Assembly (NCBI GenBank): GCA_000708835.1
Contig: DF237351.1
Span: 20,813-84,812 of the forward strand
Length of the DNA: 64,000 nt
Direction: 5' to 3'
DNA from: Klebsormidium nitens
Taxonomy: Eukaryota; Plantae; Klebsormidiophyceae
A program made the position numbers and the translations under genes. Position 1 is the first letter of the stretch, and each line of letters begins with the position of its first letter. The notes under the pieces were generated by a model. The model had not been told where the DNA came from. It saw only the letters and a program-made list of their open reading frames with translations, and ran no database searches. Of the stretch, positions 48,701 through 60,260 are shown piece after piece.

Positions 48701-50318
48701 CAGCGACGGAAGTACAACTTCAACCCGGCGTCGGTCATTGAGCAGGTAAGGCGTTTTACCCGCCACTTCTGCGGATAAGTTAGAAACCCTCGCTCCTTGG
48801 CTACCTCGCTTCTGTTGACTCCCGTGTTGAGGTCGAGACACTCTTGAAGTTTCGTCTCCGATTAATGCGGTCAATCTCAACCCCCCCCGAGGTTGTCGTC
48901 ATCCACAGTGCCTTATGCGGGGAGGCCATCGGCGGCTACATAGTGCATACCGTGGCACTCTTAACCTATTAGTAAACTCGCAATAATCTTACTACCCCAA
49001 TTTAAGCGAGCGAAACACGGATCAACACGGTCACTTAGATATAAGCCCCCGCTTCAATCTCTTCTGCAGTGCGTTGTGCGGGGAGGTCATCGGCGGCTGC
49101 GCCTGGTACATACCGTAGGCGTCGAGGGGGGCGGACTGAACCTGATGCGCCTAGCGGTGACGGAGGAGGAGTGGATGGGCCCGCTCGAGATGGAAGATAT
49201 CAGGTACGCTTTCCCGACCAGAAAGCGCGCACCTGAAGCAACTTGTACACCAGTACGGAGGGCAGGATCATCGTCGTTCGATGCGCACGGTTTGAACGTT
49301 TGTGCGCGATGGGTCCATAAATCAATGGCCGAAGAGCCCATCAGCTTTCGCAGACACACGTAACTACATGCCTTGGAGTTTGGACCCGCGACTCTGTCTC
49401 GGAACTGTTTCCAGGGTGTGTCTCATTTTTGCTGGGTGCTAGCGCTCCTCAGACTCAAGGGACTCCGACGAAGTCCACTTAGAAAGCTAAGGACTTTGGC
49501 TAGGGTCCCGCAGTTTCTCAGAGTCCCGTCCGTATTGTCCAACATTTTGCCATCAAGTGGATCAGAGGACGCCTCAGCGCACCTCAATCTTCGTTCTGAA
49601 GACTCACGGGTTTTTAAGAGTACATTGGCTCTGAGAGTCGACGCTGTTTGGTCTTCTGCCTCCAATGCAATTCGTAAGTGAGGGTATCCGACTTGCTCCA
49701 ACCGGGTTTTGGGGAGTAAGCGTGACGCTCAGATTCGTAAATTATCCACTGACCGACTTGTTAAAATCGCGCGAACGTATTGCCTTTCTTTCCCTTTCAA
49801 CTCTTCGAGCCTCATTCGTTTGCCTCTCTCTCTCCATTTGCAGTGCAAGCAAAGAGTCTCCCGTTGTCCCCTACTCTCTCCGCGAGTCAACCTCAAGCTC
49901 CGAACTCGAGGGGCAATGGAAGGTGTTCGAGCGCATTGCCACTGTGTTGCACGGGTCAGAGGCCGAGGACGCCGCCGGCCCGTCAGCGGTAACGGTAGGC
50001 GGCCCTCGGGGCGACACAGTAACGGTATGCTATTCTACAAGGGAAGTGTTGCGGGAACGGTTTGACGAAACGCAGGGCAAGGCCAAGGGGCTGAAAATCA
50101 AGGGTAGGGACGAGGATGAAGACGTGATTCTTTTGCCTGGGGGGGTGACGTCAACAATATCGGTGAAGCCCGAGGGGGGCTTGACGTTCGGGGTCGGGTG
50201 GCTGGACGAGGACGGGACGAGGGCGTTTATGGAGAGGAGTTACCAAGCGAACGGTCGCCTGGACGAGGTGCGGTCGGGGCAGGAAGTAAAAGGGGGCTGG
50301 GTGGGCGGCAGCATGTAA
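45757..50318 (+). CDS. DUF3598 (BFA1-family beta-barrel) protein, likely plastid-targeted, about 580 aa, 6 exons
   Basis: Exons 45757-45883, 45977-46266, 47245-47826, 48611-48745, 49070-49203 and 49844-50318 (1743 nt). Segments SGVWEGMAGAFSPITGKMEPL, EPGLIFFEDGSYSRGP, CVVRGGHRRLRLVHT, LEGQWKVFE and LPGGV...FGVGWLDEDG..FMERSY match the plant At2g44760-type DUF3598 protein as I recall it. Confidence 0.8.
48909..48956 (+). pseudogene. Decayed tandem duplicate of the 5' part of DUF3598 exon 5, inside intron 4
   Basis: cacag|tgccttatgcggggaggccatcggcggctacatagtgcataccgtgg versus tgcag|tgcgttgtgcggggaggtcatcggcggctgcgcctggtacataccgtag: 26/29 identical, then a 2-nt deletion. Confidence 0.8.
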
Positions 50319-51495
50319 CGCATCTGTCTTGTGCCTGGCTTTTTGAAGGAACGGCTCAATACAGCTGCACGACTAGTGGTGCCGGCTTAATTGCTGCAGT
50401 GCTTGCCAAGATTTTGCAAGCCATTATAAGGCGCGAGGGATAGGCTGGAGTAAGATCCGCAGTCGATCACTGTCAAATTGATCGAATGTGCTGCTCACAC
50501 ATTGAGCGCGAGTTGCAAAGGCTTCAAGTGCCGACATATAGGTTGTGATAAACAACGAACCAAACGCACGGACAGTTCTCGCGAACAAACTCGAGGGCCA
50601 ATGAGGTTGACAACATACATACTCTATTTATACAACAGGCAATCATTTTCTTCCTGCAATATGGATTGATGGTCGTCGGTGAATGGCGCCATTGGTTGCA
50701 GGCTCTTCTTCTTGCTTGACGTCTGAGCCCAATTCACGGCTTGACCAAAGAGGCACAGTCGCGGTTCAACAGTTTTGCTTAATTCTACAACCACTGGTGC
50801 ATGCCTCGTTTTAGCCAGCTTACAATAGTTGGAAACATCGGAATCTCTTGATGCTCGCGAGTAGCCTATGCCAGATTATGGAGGCATCCATTACGGTCAC
50901 TTGACTTCCCCTTCTCATGGTATTAGGGCACCTCGATCTGATGTGCCGCTTGATGTTCGAAAATTCTTGGGTTGCGTCACGGCCATTGCTAGTATTGCTC
51001 TATATGTTCTTTATTGCCCAAATCTATATGTCATGACCCATGGGTATATACAAAACCTGGCGCGACGTACTAGCCCTTCCAGACTATGGGTCTATAGTCC
51101 CTGATGGACGCCGCGCGGATTTGCAATGTGTACGTAGACCATCCTCCGTATTTCATTGAACCGTCTGAGCCTCTGAAGAGAATTGCATTTGTACGCATGA
51201 GTCTTTCCCGGGAATTCTTCTAAGCTCGAGCCGCTGTCGCCCCTGGCCGCAACCGTTGACGGTTGAACCGTAGAACATGAGGATCATCGTTTGACGAGGG
51301 CGCTGAAATTCGTTCATTCGTGCATGAAGAAAGGCAATATAGATGTCAGGCTATGACCATTGACTGCGCCGGCAGCGCGGATCTGCGGCTGGCTCTGACC
51401 GGACGCGACCTGCCGCGCCCGCGGCCGCGGCCGCCGGGTGTGCGCGCCGCGGTCGGCCCGTGCACTTGAAGGTTTGCTTGAAGCAACATGATAGA

Positions 51496-51773
51496 CCGCC
51501 CAGAATTAGCCTGGGCGGCGGGGCTTGCCTCTTTGTGGAGAGACTTGGCGAAATTTTTAGCTCGGTTTACTGACAAAGTCAGTATTACGAGCTGTCGCAA
51601 TCGACCCCGGGGCTTCGAAAAAGGGGGAAGTGGCGATGCAGACTGGTTCACTCTATTAAGCCTGCTTCGGCCCGTCGAAAGGTAGTTTTAGCGAATCAGG
51701 ACCTGAAATGGCAGACTCCCGTTTTCGACGGGTTTTGAGGTTCGATGCCCCGAAAAACGTTTTTTTTGGGCAT
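51496..51773. repeat. Block of short inverted repeats in GC-rich intergenic DNA (possible non-autonomous element)
   Basis: ccgcccag/ctgggcgg (51496-51518), cccgtcgaaa/tttcgacggg (51671-51732) and atgccc...gggcat (51745-51773). Confidence 0.4.
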
Positions 51774-52783
51774 AAACCCTGAACCTCTGCACGTGCCCGG
51801 GGCCTGCCCGCCCGAGGTTGCGGCCCTGTGCATCGCGGCCGGCAGGACGGCCGCCGGCAAGTTGCCACTTCAACAAGGTCGAGTCAAGCGGGCCCTATGT
51901 GCTCGGCCCCGGTACATTAATACTAATAATTTGAGACCTAAAATGTTATGCACTCAATATCGACTTTTTCCGCTCATATCTCTACTGAAAGTCAGAAACT
52001 TCGACCATGAGCTGGGGCTAGGCTTGCGAACTTTACTCCAAATATTCTTGAATATTTCGCCTTATTGTAAACCGAGCAATTGCAGCATTTTGCTGCCTAC
52101 ATTTTTGAGTGCATTTTTTGGCGTTTTCCTTTTTCCCAGTTTTCCACTAGTTGGCTTTGCAAACGGAAGCTGGCGCGCGAGCGCGCACCAATCACATATT
52201 AGTCCGTACACCCTAGTGTTGCTTGCACCGTTTCGTCACGGTGGAGTACGCACCATGTTAACGGACTGCCTCTCCTCCGGGCATTTGGATCCGTTCGTGC
52301 AAATTTTTGGTGGCAATTCTAAGGGAGTCGATTGCAGATAAGGTGTATTGATTTTAATTTGTTGCGCTCAGTGACCGGGACATGCCACAGTGTCGGGCCT
52401 TCTGCAGAGGTACCAACCGTAACTTGGCAGCCTTCCAGACCCCAATTTGCAACGTGGCAGCTTTAGAGCAGGCCTGTTCGGAGAAATCGAGGCCAAACGT
52501 TACATGGTTAGGTCCTAAAGCTTGCTATTTTACTTCGTAAAAAAGAGGCAAGCCAATATGGGGCCTTGGCCGGGTTTACAGTGAACAGGTTACGGCGTTA
52601 CGCGTACAGGCGCGCGTCGAGTTTCAACCATGAGGGAGGGATTCATCCAGGTCCTAAACTCGAACTTCAAAGCCTTGAAGGACCACTTTCTGATCACTTT
52701 GATTCAGCAGGGCGCCGGGTGTCAGGGCGCTCAAGGACGCTTAGGAGCCTTGGATCATTCTGGACCGTGTTTGCAGAGGAGCG

Positions 52784-54303
52784 ATGGGTGCAGGGCAGGT
52801 TGCCAAGGGTGTTTCGTTTTCCCGCCAGCTCCTACGAACGCTGGACCTCGTTCAGCAATCTGCCGCCCGTGCATCTGCAGCCGCTCGGCAGCTTGATATT
52901 CAGCTGGCCCCGTTTTCCACCGCACCAAGGAGTGGCGAGTCACCTTCTCAAACCAATGTTGAAAGACCGGCAAGTCTATATCATGCAGACTCTGACAGTC
53001 CAAAGCCGTCCATTACCAATTCCTTTGCTTCAAGAATTTCAGATTCTTTGAAACCTGGAACTGGCCTCAGGGGTTTCGCAACACAGTCAACGGCTGAGGC
53101 AAAGGCCCCCGTCGAAAGTCGCCAGGCGTACGATAAGCGTGTGCGGGAGGTGCGGAAGAAGTACATTGAGGAGCTGGCGGAAAAGCGGAGGCGAGAGGCG
53201 GCATTCGAGCAGAAGAAGCGGGAGATCTATGCTGCGAGAAGGCAGGATGTGAAGGAGGCGAAGCTGGCGGCGTTGAGGGAGGATGCCCAGGAGAAGGAAA
53301 GGCTGCTTGAGGAACAGCGGCAGCGGAAGGTAAGCTATACATGCTCAACTTCTTGGGTCGATCTGCTGAGAAAACCCTGAAATTTAGGAGTTGCTTCTGG
53401 CAAAGATGGGGTCGGCAGCGGTGATTACAGAAAAGTGGTGGCGGTATTTTGAAACTTTCTGTTCGAGCAACAATCTGGCCATAGTTCTTTGCACCACTTA
53501 GACAGGATGGTGCATGTGTATGATGGTTTGCAATACATCCACTCTCACACTGTTTGGGAAGCAAGTTGCTTCTTCATCATCGCAAGAGGTTGACAGCAGA
53601 AGGTTTGGTTCTCAATTGGCACAACAAGCATGGGTTGTTCCGAAGCTTGGATTGTTTTAGTACTCATGCCAAAAAACTCAGGAAAAGCAACGCTTATCCT
53701 TGACTCAAACAAAGCACTGAGTTTCGCCGGACTTCAGAGAACGCTCCCCACTTTGAGACAACCATGGACACATTCACATTCGTCTTGGCATGATCGCATT
53801 GAAAGACTGCAGAGTGATAGAGGCGGCAGATAAGTACTACAGCCAGATCTTTCGCCTTTGATCTGGCGAACTCAGAATGAGGTACAAATATTGATCCCCA
53901 AGTGTTGAGCAAAGAAGACAACGCTGCAGTTTTGTCAACCTGGGCCATAAAGTCCCCAATGCTCGAGAGTCCTTTGAATTCACCGACACTAGGGCAGATT
54001 CCAATATCTGCAAGCATGTTCAAAAACTCTCCATTCTCACCCCTGTGGATTCGCTCGGGCAAGTTTCCTCATCTGCGAAACAAACTATGTTCAAATACTG
54101 TCCATCCTCACCGCTGTGGATTGCAAATGCAGGAGCTCCGTCGCCAAGAAGGGCAACAGCGCTTGCTGCAAGTCAAAGCAGCACTCCAAGCGCAGCGGGA
54201 TGGAGAAAGAGCGCTCATTGTAGCATCTAGCCAAACGTGGGTAAAGGAAGGGGAGCTCGAAGCAAGGATTGAGTTGGCGCTGGACAATCCCTTCGCACTC
54301 TGA
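52784..54303 (+). CDS. mS26 (MRPS26)-like: Mitochondrial small-subunit ribosomal protein mS26-like, about 238 aa, 2 exons
   Basis: Exons 52784-53329 and 54133-54303. Presequence-like N-terminus, charged helix YDKRVREVRKKYIEEL, and C-terminal SSQTWVKEGELEARIELALDNP resembling plant mS26. Confidence 0.7.
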
Positions 54304-55347
54304 TACTCGTGTACTTTTTGCGGAAGTGAAACCATGACGACAGAAGCTTCAAAAGGGGACTCGACGTTTTACGAATTGAATGTTATGATCAAGTTGGCTT
54401 GGATCTCAGCGCTCATCCAGTGTTCTGTCCTCGGTTCTGTACGACCCTGCATTGTTGGCGTGCTGATTAGTTCTTGAACGATGCTGGCTGCTTTGTCAGC
54501 TAGAAAGAGATACGATGTTATCAAAAACATTGTCTTGTTGATTTCAGTTACGTTGAGGCCATTCTGAGCAGTCCCAAACGTATCTGAATCAACAATCTGG
54601 AGCTGGCCTGACCTGCGCAGTGCTGATAATCACCAATCACAGTACTGCCGCGATATACGGGCATGCATAAATCCAGGCTTCATACGAATTGTTCTCACAT
54701 GGTCCGCTCGATATCTCAGCGACGTACTCCTGCTTGTTCCACGCGCAAACCCGCAAACTTGCGCGGTCATAGTTCATGCAGCGGCCGCGGCCATCAAAAT
54801 TGATTTGCAAATTAGGACCCGCCGCCAGGCAGGCACACGTTTCGAAATACGCTGGCAATGGTCACATGTTCTCATAAACCCTGGGCCACGTGCTAGCAAT
54901 CCAATCACGAAAATTGTATGCCATGCGAATCCTACTATGGCCACACTGGTTATGGCGTGTGAAAAGAGACCATCGACGTACCATGCAGTTACAGAACAGG
55001 CGGCCAGCAAGTTTCTATACGAACGGACGATGATGCATACATCGAGCCTTATGTGCTTGAGAATCGAAGGACAGAACGGAGACTGAAAGCTTATTTGATT
55101 GATCTGATGAATTTCGCATCGTGCATTCCAATATGTTTAGTTGTCGAACGAACCACATGGGACCATTTGCAGTTGACTATCACGTCTCCAGCTTGCCGGC
55201 ATCCCTGATTGTTTGACAACAACTCGTGCATAGACAAGGCTCTAGCTCGGCATCAATCCTTTGGAATGAAGCTTGACGATCGATCGCAGTCGAAGCTTGA
55301 AACTGTGCACTTTCTGGTGCGTCAGTAAACGTAGCCACGTGTCAGCT

Positions 55348-58300
55348 TTATACCAGGCCACCAACAGGACCCGCACCAATCTTCGCTGGTTCCCACCGCT
55401 GCCTTGCGTAAGCCCGGTCTATCGTCCAAGCTTCTTCCGCCATGTCTAGTTCGTCAACCTCGAAGTCCCACTCGCTTTTCTCCACCGCTGTGTCGAACTG
55501 AGCGGGACTGCTGCCTAATAGCCGCCGCAAAGAAAGTTTCTTGTCGTGTTCGTGCGTAATTTGGTGGCGAACCGCAATCCTGTTTGGCAGACTGCACACG
55601 GGAAAGAGTGTCGTCAGACTCGAAAGCAAGGTCCTTTCTCAACAGTCGAAAGAGGAGCGATCTGACGACTGCACACAAGCTTGTTCAAGAGGATGTGCAT
55701 CTTTTCAAGTACGTCGAATCTATGTGGGCGACAATGTAAAAGCGACATTTGCAGCAATAATCCTACCCAGATGCGCCTTGACACCCTAGCCAAAAGTGCC
55801 TCCAGTTGTATTCAAACCTTTGTAGCGTTCCGACTTTGTCTCTGCAGGAGTACCAAGGAGAAGGGTATGAACAGAGATACGGCGGACGGGATCCTGGAGC
55901 ACTCACCTATAACAAAGGAAGTTCGGGAACTCCAAGAGCTCATTCACACTCCTCTCCATGTCCACTTTCAGGAACTCAAGCTTTGGTGTGAACGCGGCCT
56001 CCAGGTCGACCCCCAGCCAATCCGGATCCGCCACGACCATTCCCCGTATCTCGTCCGTTGACAAACCCTCTCTCCTCAGCGCCTGGATCTTTTCCGCGAT
56101 CTCTCCCGGCTCTAGTTCTAATAGCGCCGGGTATTCCGCCAGGACCGTCCGGAGTTCGTCAGGGCCCATCTCCAACTCATTTCCAAGCAAACCCAGGGTT
56201 TTGTCCAGGGTTTGCTTAACTCCTGCGTCGTGCAACCTGTGCCCAAAGAGCGCGACTATTCGGTTAACGTCAACCTGCACGCCCTTCTGTCCGCTACAGC
56301 CAGCTTCGTCCCCCTCTTCTACCCGGTCCTCTCCCTCCAAACCCGCTTCTACCACCGAAGTGGATTCCGTCAACCCACCTTCTATTAAACCGCCTGCGAT
56401 AACCCCAGTGTCTTCCCGTATGTCATCGTCGCTCCGTTCGCTTGACGACACACTCTCACTCACTTCAGCGCTCTCGTCCTCCTCCCCGGGCAAACTCTGC
56501 GCAACAAGCGCCTCCTCCTCACCCCCTGCTTCTTCCGACGTGCTCTCAATAATCCCAACTTCCGGAACCAAACCCCGCCGCGCAAGCTCCGTTCTTAACT
56601 CGTCCCTCAAACCGCCCAAGTCTTCGATCAGCAGCAGTTCCGGGGTTTGCAACAGCGCCCGCCGCGCCTCCTCTTCTGGAAGTGCCAGATGACTCGCGAT
56701 GCCTTCGAAGCGCGGCTTCAGGAACTGCAGATGGCAAACAATCATTAGCGAAGAACTTCACACAAGTCTGAGTCGGTGTAGAAACAAAGAACAGCTTGTC
56801 GCATATATTGGCCCTTGCTTACGACAGCACCAACCAGCTTGGATTCAGGTAAAAGCTGGAGTCCTGTGTTCGACGAAAGCCGGCACTCCACTCTGTTGCC
56901 CTTCGGAAATGCTCGACTGGTTTTGTGGAACGGCAAACAAGTATCGAAAAAGAGGCTGCTGCTTCATTGTGCCACCAGATGCCTTTGCAGAGACCAAGAA
57001 CAATTCTGGTCCATAACGTGCAAGCCTCTCAGCACGAGTCCCAATCGTAAAGAACGCCAGAGACAACCTTTCCAAACTCCAGGACGTACGTCTCGGATAA
57101 AGGTCCCCTCCCTGTCGTGTATCCGTTCCTTTTATTTCTCGGAAGGCGCCTACCCAAAACCTGATAAACTCAGACTTCAATCAGTTCTTCATCAAACACT
57201 GAAGCGGAGACGTCCATCGTCTCCCTCGCCCTAAACTTTCAACGCCCATGCTTGTATCTCACCTCGTTAACTTTCTGCACAAGGATCTCCGGGCACCCGT
57301 ACGCAACCTTCCACATGTCCGCCATTTCGACCCCTATCGCGCCCAAATAGGCCATCGACGTGCTCGGGGAGCGCTCGATGCGCGTGTCAAAGAAGGACGG
57401 GACGCGCAGGAAAACGTCCTGGGACTGCGAGCGGGTGAGGCCGACACCGCGCAGGAAGAGCACGCGCGGCTGGAGCGTGAGTTCAAAACTGTGGTAGAGG
57501 ATCTGCAAACAGAGAAGGATTAGCAGGAGGGTTAGCATGAACAGATCCGAGAGCTTCTTGGGCAACCGCTTGTTTGAGGCTGGATAAGCCCAATGGCGGA
57601 AGCGTCTGAGTTCCGAACCCGTCAAGCTGACCACATGAACGATGCTGATGAATAAGACAGGGAACCGGAACCAGAGCCCGTTTTCTGGTTTCAAGGACTC
57701 AGGCCAAGGTCGACATGAAAATGTTGTCGGGTACCCATCTTCTTCCAGCTAACACGGTCTCCCAAGTGCTTATTCTCTTCACTCTATTTGGGAATCCAGC
57801 CACCTTTGAAGAACTACGAATGAAATCTTTCAAAGATGTTTAAGATTTTTGACAAAGACAGTGGGCACAGCTTGCTTCCAGAGCTTTCTACTCACTTGCG
57901 GATACTTGCCCAGGAGCTCGACAATCTGTTCCGGCCGGAAAGCAATCCAGGCGCACTCGAGATACTTGATGACCGGAATGATATTTTTGCGCAGGCTCAG
58001 CCGGAGCAGCTGCGGCCACCGCCCGATGATGTCAGCGACGGTCTCCTGCGCGAGGCCCAGGCTCACTAGGTAGTCCACCTTCTCTTCTTGCTCCTCGCCC
58101 GTGCCTGAAGATTGGCGTTTAAACATTGAGACATTCTTGATGTGTGCGAGGCCAACAGGAAAGCAGCTCGTTGGAAAGCATGTCACAAGTTAGCATGCGG
58201 CCAGGAGACTCTCTGGTTCACTGACTCCATAAGGAAGTGAGGCTCTCAGCCTGGCCCGGCTGTTTTACCGGCCGGATCCATTGTAATTTGCAAATGCAGG

Positions 58301-59490
58301 ATTGAGTACATTTCACCTCACGATGCAATTGCGATGTCTATCTTGAAGCAGCCATTCTTGCCAAGAAACCACCAACAACTCAGAGCGAAACCTGCGCAGC
58401 AACTGTATGCTGCTTTACGATCGCAACAACTTTTGATGGCGGCACGATGCCAAAGCTGGTAATGGTGAAACAACTTTGAAACAACGTCAGCGAAGGATGA
58501 AAAAGCCACTTTCAAACCCTCAGGTTGACGTCACCCCTCACCCGGCACTGTGCTGAGGTCAATTGCGTCCACGTCCACCCCGATGCTCTCAAGATACCAC
58601 ACCATCCTCTGCTGCACCTCTAGGGGGTCCTCAAAAAGCGCCGACCCTTTCTCCAGCATCTCCGGCACAAACTGCTCACTATAGCCTGCCACCCCGGCCG
58701 CCAGCGCCGTCTTCGTCCCCGGTCTCGCCGCCACTAGTTGCGCCAGATCAGCAGTGTCGATGATGGTCCGCTTCGATGCCCGGAGGTCCCTCGCAAACTG
58801 CCCGCCGTACGTGCCCCCGCCCCTAGTTACGTCCTCCCGATGCTGGCCGCGCATGGCGGCGACGTTCCGTTTGTCATCTTCCCAGTAATCCAGCCCGTAG
58901 CCCTGCTCCTCCACATTGTCGCCGTAATTGATGCGCATCCTCTTCTCCCACGGCGCTATCCCGTTGTGGTCCCCGTCCATCTCGCTCTTCTTCTTCCCCT
59001 CGTTCCCTGCGCCTTTTGCCTTTTTCGGCTTCCCCCAGGGGGTGCTCCGCCCATTGCGATCGTACCCCCGGTCCCGAAGCTGCTCCATCTCCTTCAACAG
59101 CCGCTTTGCCTTCAGGTTCTTATACTTGTCCTCCATCTTCAGAGACTGGCACACAATCCTGTTACCCCTTGCTCTCTTTTCTTGCACCAACTCGCGACCA
59201 CTTACCATGAAGCTGCTCGAAACGGGCAAATTCACCAGCCTCATAGCAAAGCTCTTCAGTGCTCCATCAGCACTACACGTGACTGATCGCAATGCTCGGT
59301 GCTGTGCTCTGAAAGGCTTTCCGGTTCCGACCAATCTCCGTTCTGCAACATTCGCCGTTTGAGCAGGAAGCAGGCGCACACCCATGAAGCTTGATGCTGG
59401 CATCTTTTCCAACAACTTTGGGGCTTGCCTACGGATGGAGCATACCCCAGAGGGCCGGACCAAGAGCCCTTGGCGGCTTAGCGCCTCCAT
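55348..59490 (-). CDS. mTERF: mTERF-family organellar protein, about 819 aa, 5 exons
   Basis: Exons 59490-58542, 58104-57896, 57502-57263, 56724-55907 and 55591-55348 (2460 nt). Repeats KVDYLVSLGL, RWPQLLRLSLRKNIIPVIKYL, YPQILYHSFELTLQPRVLFL, PKLEFL and FPNFLCYSLPNRIAVRH. Confidence 0.92.
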
Positions 59491-59603
59491 CTTTGCAGAT
59501 TGCAGGCGCCAGGACTGAGTGAAGGCTAAGGTGGACTCTGGAGTCCTTCCTCTATTCTAGGCTACAGGATAGCCTTTTGGTGTGTTTGTGCGCGCGCAAA
59601 ACC

Positions 59604-59611
59604 TAGGGTTT
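59604..59611 (-). promoter_or_regulatory. Telo-box-like AAACCCTA upstream of mTERF
   Basis: Plus-strand tagggttt, 114 bp upstream of the mTERF ATG. Single short motif. Confidence 0.3.
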
Positions 59612-60260
59612 CGCGACATGACATAAGTTGGGAGTTTGAGGTTGAACCCTGCACGAAGGTTATCTTGTAACTTCACTGCGGCTCACCGGCCGATCGGGCG
59701 GCATTTCCAGAACCGGCATTTATCGTGGGTTGGCTCCGCCGCGAAGTTTCGAGAGCTTCCCGGGAACTTGAGAACCGGCACGGAACCTAGAAATTAAACC
59801 CGGAGTACAGAATTCGAGAACGCCTTCGGTTTCAAGCAGTCGTCATCGGCGCGCTCTTCGGAGTCTGAGCTGGCGTCAGCCCTGCACTGGATTCTTCAAG
59901 TTCCAAGTTCGAAGTACGAGAAACTCAGAAAGGTGTGGAAGTTAAAACTTGAAGGGACGTTGAAGCAATGCAGGGGCAAATGCCATGTGCAGCGGCGGCC
60001 TGTTCCAGCTCCAAGCTTCAGCCATTGAACCTGCCCAAAATGGCTGTCGACCAGTGCAAGAAGGCTTCAGCACCAAGGCTCGTCCTACAGATTAAGTTGC
60101 CCTACTTTAAGCCAAACTTCAGTTGGCTCACAGCATTCCAAAAGTGCCTCGTCTTTCAAAGGTACGACACATTCCTTATTCAAGCTTCCAGTTCTCACCA
60201 GCTTTTACTATTAGCTCAATCAAACGCTTCCCCTACTCACCGATCAGCTCGGACCTCAAG

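Larger units (their letters stand above)
4659..58533. repeat. Dispersed over-represented palindrome TGACGTCA (at least 17 copies)
   Basis: Exact copies start at 4659, 5489, 7387, 13800, 13833, 18428, 18787, 22366, 22396, 25081, 32429, 35616, 38273, 47559, 47787, 50146 and 58526 (manual scan). Confidence 0.85.

Noticed and set aside
54774-55010. GFAWHTIF…FMRTCDHCQR resembling a retrotransposon integrase zinc-binding segment
   Set aside because: The W-to-CxxC spacing is about 5 residues too long, and no HHCC His pair, DDE core, RT or LTR was recognisable nearby. An HMM search would be needed to revive it.
5657-59362. Long ORF-track entries antisense to or overlapping real exons (for example 5657-6502, 6974-7615, 28802-29430, 37481-38275, 47373-47894, 55958-56692, 58738-59362)
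   Set aside because: They are shadow frames of GC-rich coding exons on the opposite strand, with low-complexity translations and no family motifs.
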